DNA of 64,000 bases from Leucoraja ocellata (taxonomy: Eukaryota). Under the pieces are notes generated by a model. It was not told where the DNA came from. It saw only the letters and a list, made by a program, of their open reading frames with translations, and did no database searches. The position numbers and the translations under genes are program-made. Location: contig JAWMAR010000030.1 of assembly GCA_036785375.1 (NCBI GenBank), forward strand, positions 6,076,001-6,140,000, given 5' to 3'. Each line of letters begins with the position of its first letter. The stretch's first letter is position 1. Of this stretch, positions 62,429 to 64,000 are shown one piece after another.

Positions 62429-63253
62429 CACAATAGCTCTTTTTCAGCTTCATGGTCATAATCAGTCAAATAGTCTTGCTTTAGTCTAGAGCCTTTTATA
62501 GCTTGAATGACACTGAGGATTATAGGTCTTGGTGGACAAGAGAACAACAATGTTCTCAATTTAATTTACAAAATACAAATTACTACCTAGAATTGAGAAC
62601 TAAACATTGCAGTGATCAAGCAGGAAATGTAATTTATAGCAGGTGAATTCAATATCAACTCAGGTGCTGATGGCAATATGAAGTTAGCAAAATAATTGTT
62701 TATAGAGAGATAAGGGTAAGGAAATATAAACATCATTTAAAATATCTCCGTCAAACCCTGAAGAAAAGGAATTTCATTCCTTTAATTGTTCAATTATCGA
62801 AGATATTGCTGGATACGATGAATTTGATGGGCAGTTACAAGGTTCTGAAGAGGGTCTCTGAAATGATTTGTTAACTCTGTTTCACCTTTCGCAGATTCCT
62901 CAGAGTTTTTACAAGCATTTATTATTTCAGGCTCCCAGCATTTGCAGTTTTATTTATTCTTATTTTTTGATAGGTAGTTAATTTGCATCTCCATAAAACT
63001 CGCAAGGCAGTTGAAAGCAAGTTGCCAATTTTGCAAGGTGAACAGAGCTGTTTAAATTAAATAATAACCTATGGTAATTCACAATTATTGGTGTATGTCT
63101 TCCTCGCAAGAAGTTGTAGAATGACTTGTACATGAATAATCCCCAGTGTCTTTAACACACTTCATCTTTAGCAACATCTGGGCCATTAGTTGTGTGAGCT
63201 GCCTCAGTGCAGGGAATAGATAGGCACTCCTCCGCCTAGCAGAGCTGGTCCTT

Positions 63254-64000
63254 ACCAAGGCGAAGCTGTGGGCGCGAGCATGGACCCCAGCTATGCCAGC
63301 CTCCTTGTAGAGTATTTTGAACAATCCCTGTTCCAGGCATACACTGGCCCTATCCCCAAATTCTACCTCTGCTATATTGACAACTGCATTGGTGCTGTCT
63401 CCTGCACCATGCAGAACTCACTGACAATGAATTTCCATCCGGCACTCAAATTCACCTGGACCATTTCCGACATCTCCCTACCGTTTCTAGATCTCACCAT
63501 CTCCATCGCAGGCAACAGACTACCGACCGACATCAACTACAAACCCACTGATTCCAATAGCTATCTTGACTACACCTTTTCCCACCCTGCTTCCTGAAAA
63601 GACTCTATTCCCTACTCCCAATTCCTCCGTCTACGCCACATCTGCGCCCGTTAGATATTCCATACTTGGGCAGTGGAGATCTCATTCTTTAGGAAACGGG
63701 GGTTCCCCTCTTCCATTATAGCTCTCACCAGGGTCACCTCTATATCCCACAGCTCCGATCTTATTCAGCCTCCCCCTATTTGTATCAAGGATGGAGTACC
63801 CCTTGTCCTCACCTTCCACCCCATCAGCCGTCGCATACAACATATAATCCTCCGACATTTTCCCCACCTCCAAAGGGATCCCACTACTGGCCACATCTTC
63901 CCTTTTCCTCCCCTTTCTGCTTTCCGCAGAGACCGGTTAATTCGTCCCGTCCCACCCAAACCATCCCCTCCCCGGGTACTTTCCCCTGCAACCGCAGGAA
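63254..64000 (+). mobile_element. Penelope-like element reverse transcriptase fragment (decayed; runs off the window end)
   Basis: GASMDPSYASL, YIDN (a degenerate YIDD), NFHPALKFT, LPFLDL, YKPTD.SYLDY..SHP, then an in-frame TGA before DSIPYSQFLRLR. Confidence 0.88.

Overview
Eukaryotic, intron-rich vertebrate DNA. The repeats (HE1-like tRNA SINEs, CR1, Rex1/Babar and very abundant Penelope-derived repeats) suggest a cartilaginous fish, probably a skate or ray; this is inference. The window holds two convergent genes. (1) On +, the 3' 20 coding exons of SEC24C, a COPII cargo adaptor (1567-28763); the 5' exons lie upstream of the window, all introns are GT-AG and the phases are consistent. One of these exons is a 69-nt cassette that duplicates the RxDPDxIPSP motif. 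(2) On -, a complete three-coding-exon NDNF-family gene (41449-37706, 546 aa) that looks like a divergent NDNF paralogue. I found no host coding exon in 44-64 kb. Most notable non-coding signals: hammerhead-ribozyme cores in the Penelope-derived repeats (many arranged as inverted pairs), a TIR element with a perfect 65-bp internal palindrome inserted in a CR1 fragment, a CTCF-like site with an upstream module, and a CpG-rich solo-LTR-like element. Repeat boundaries are approximate and repeat families were recognised by eye.
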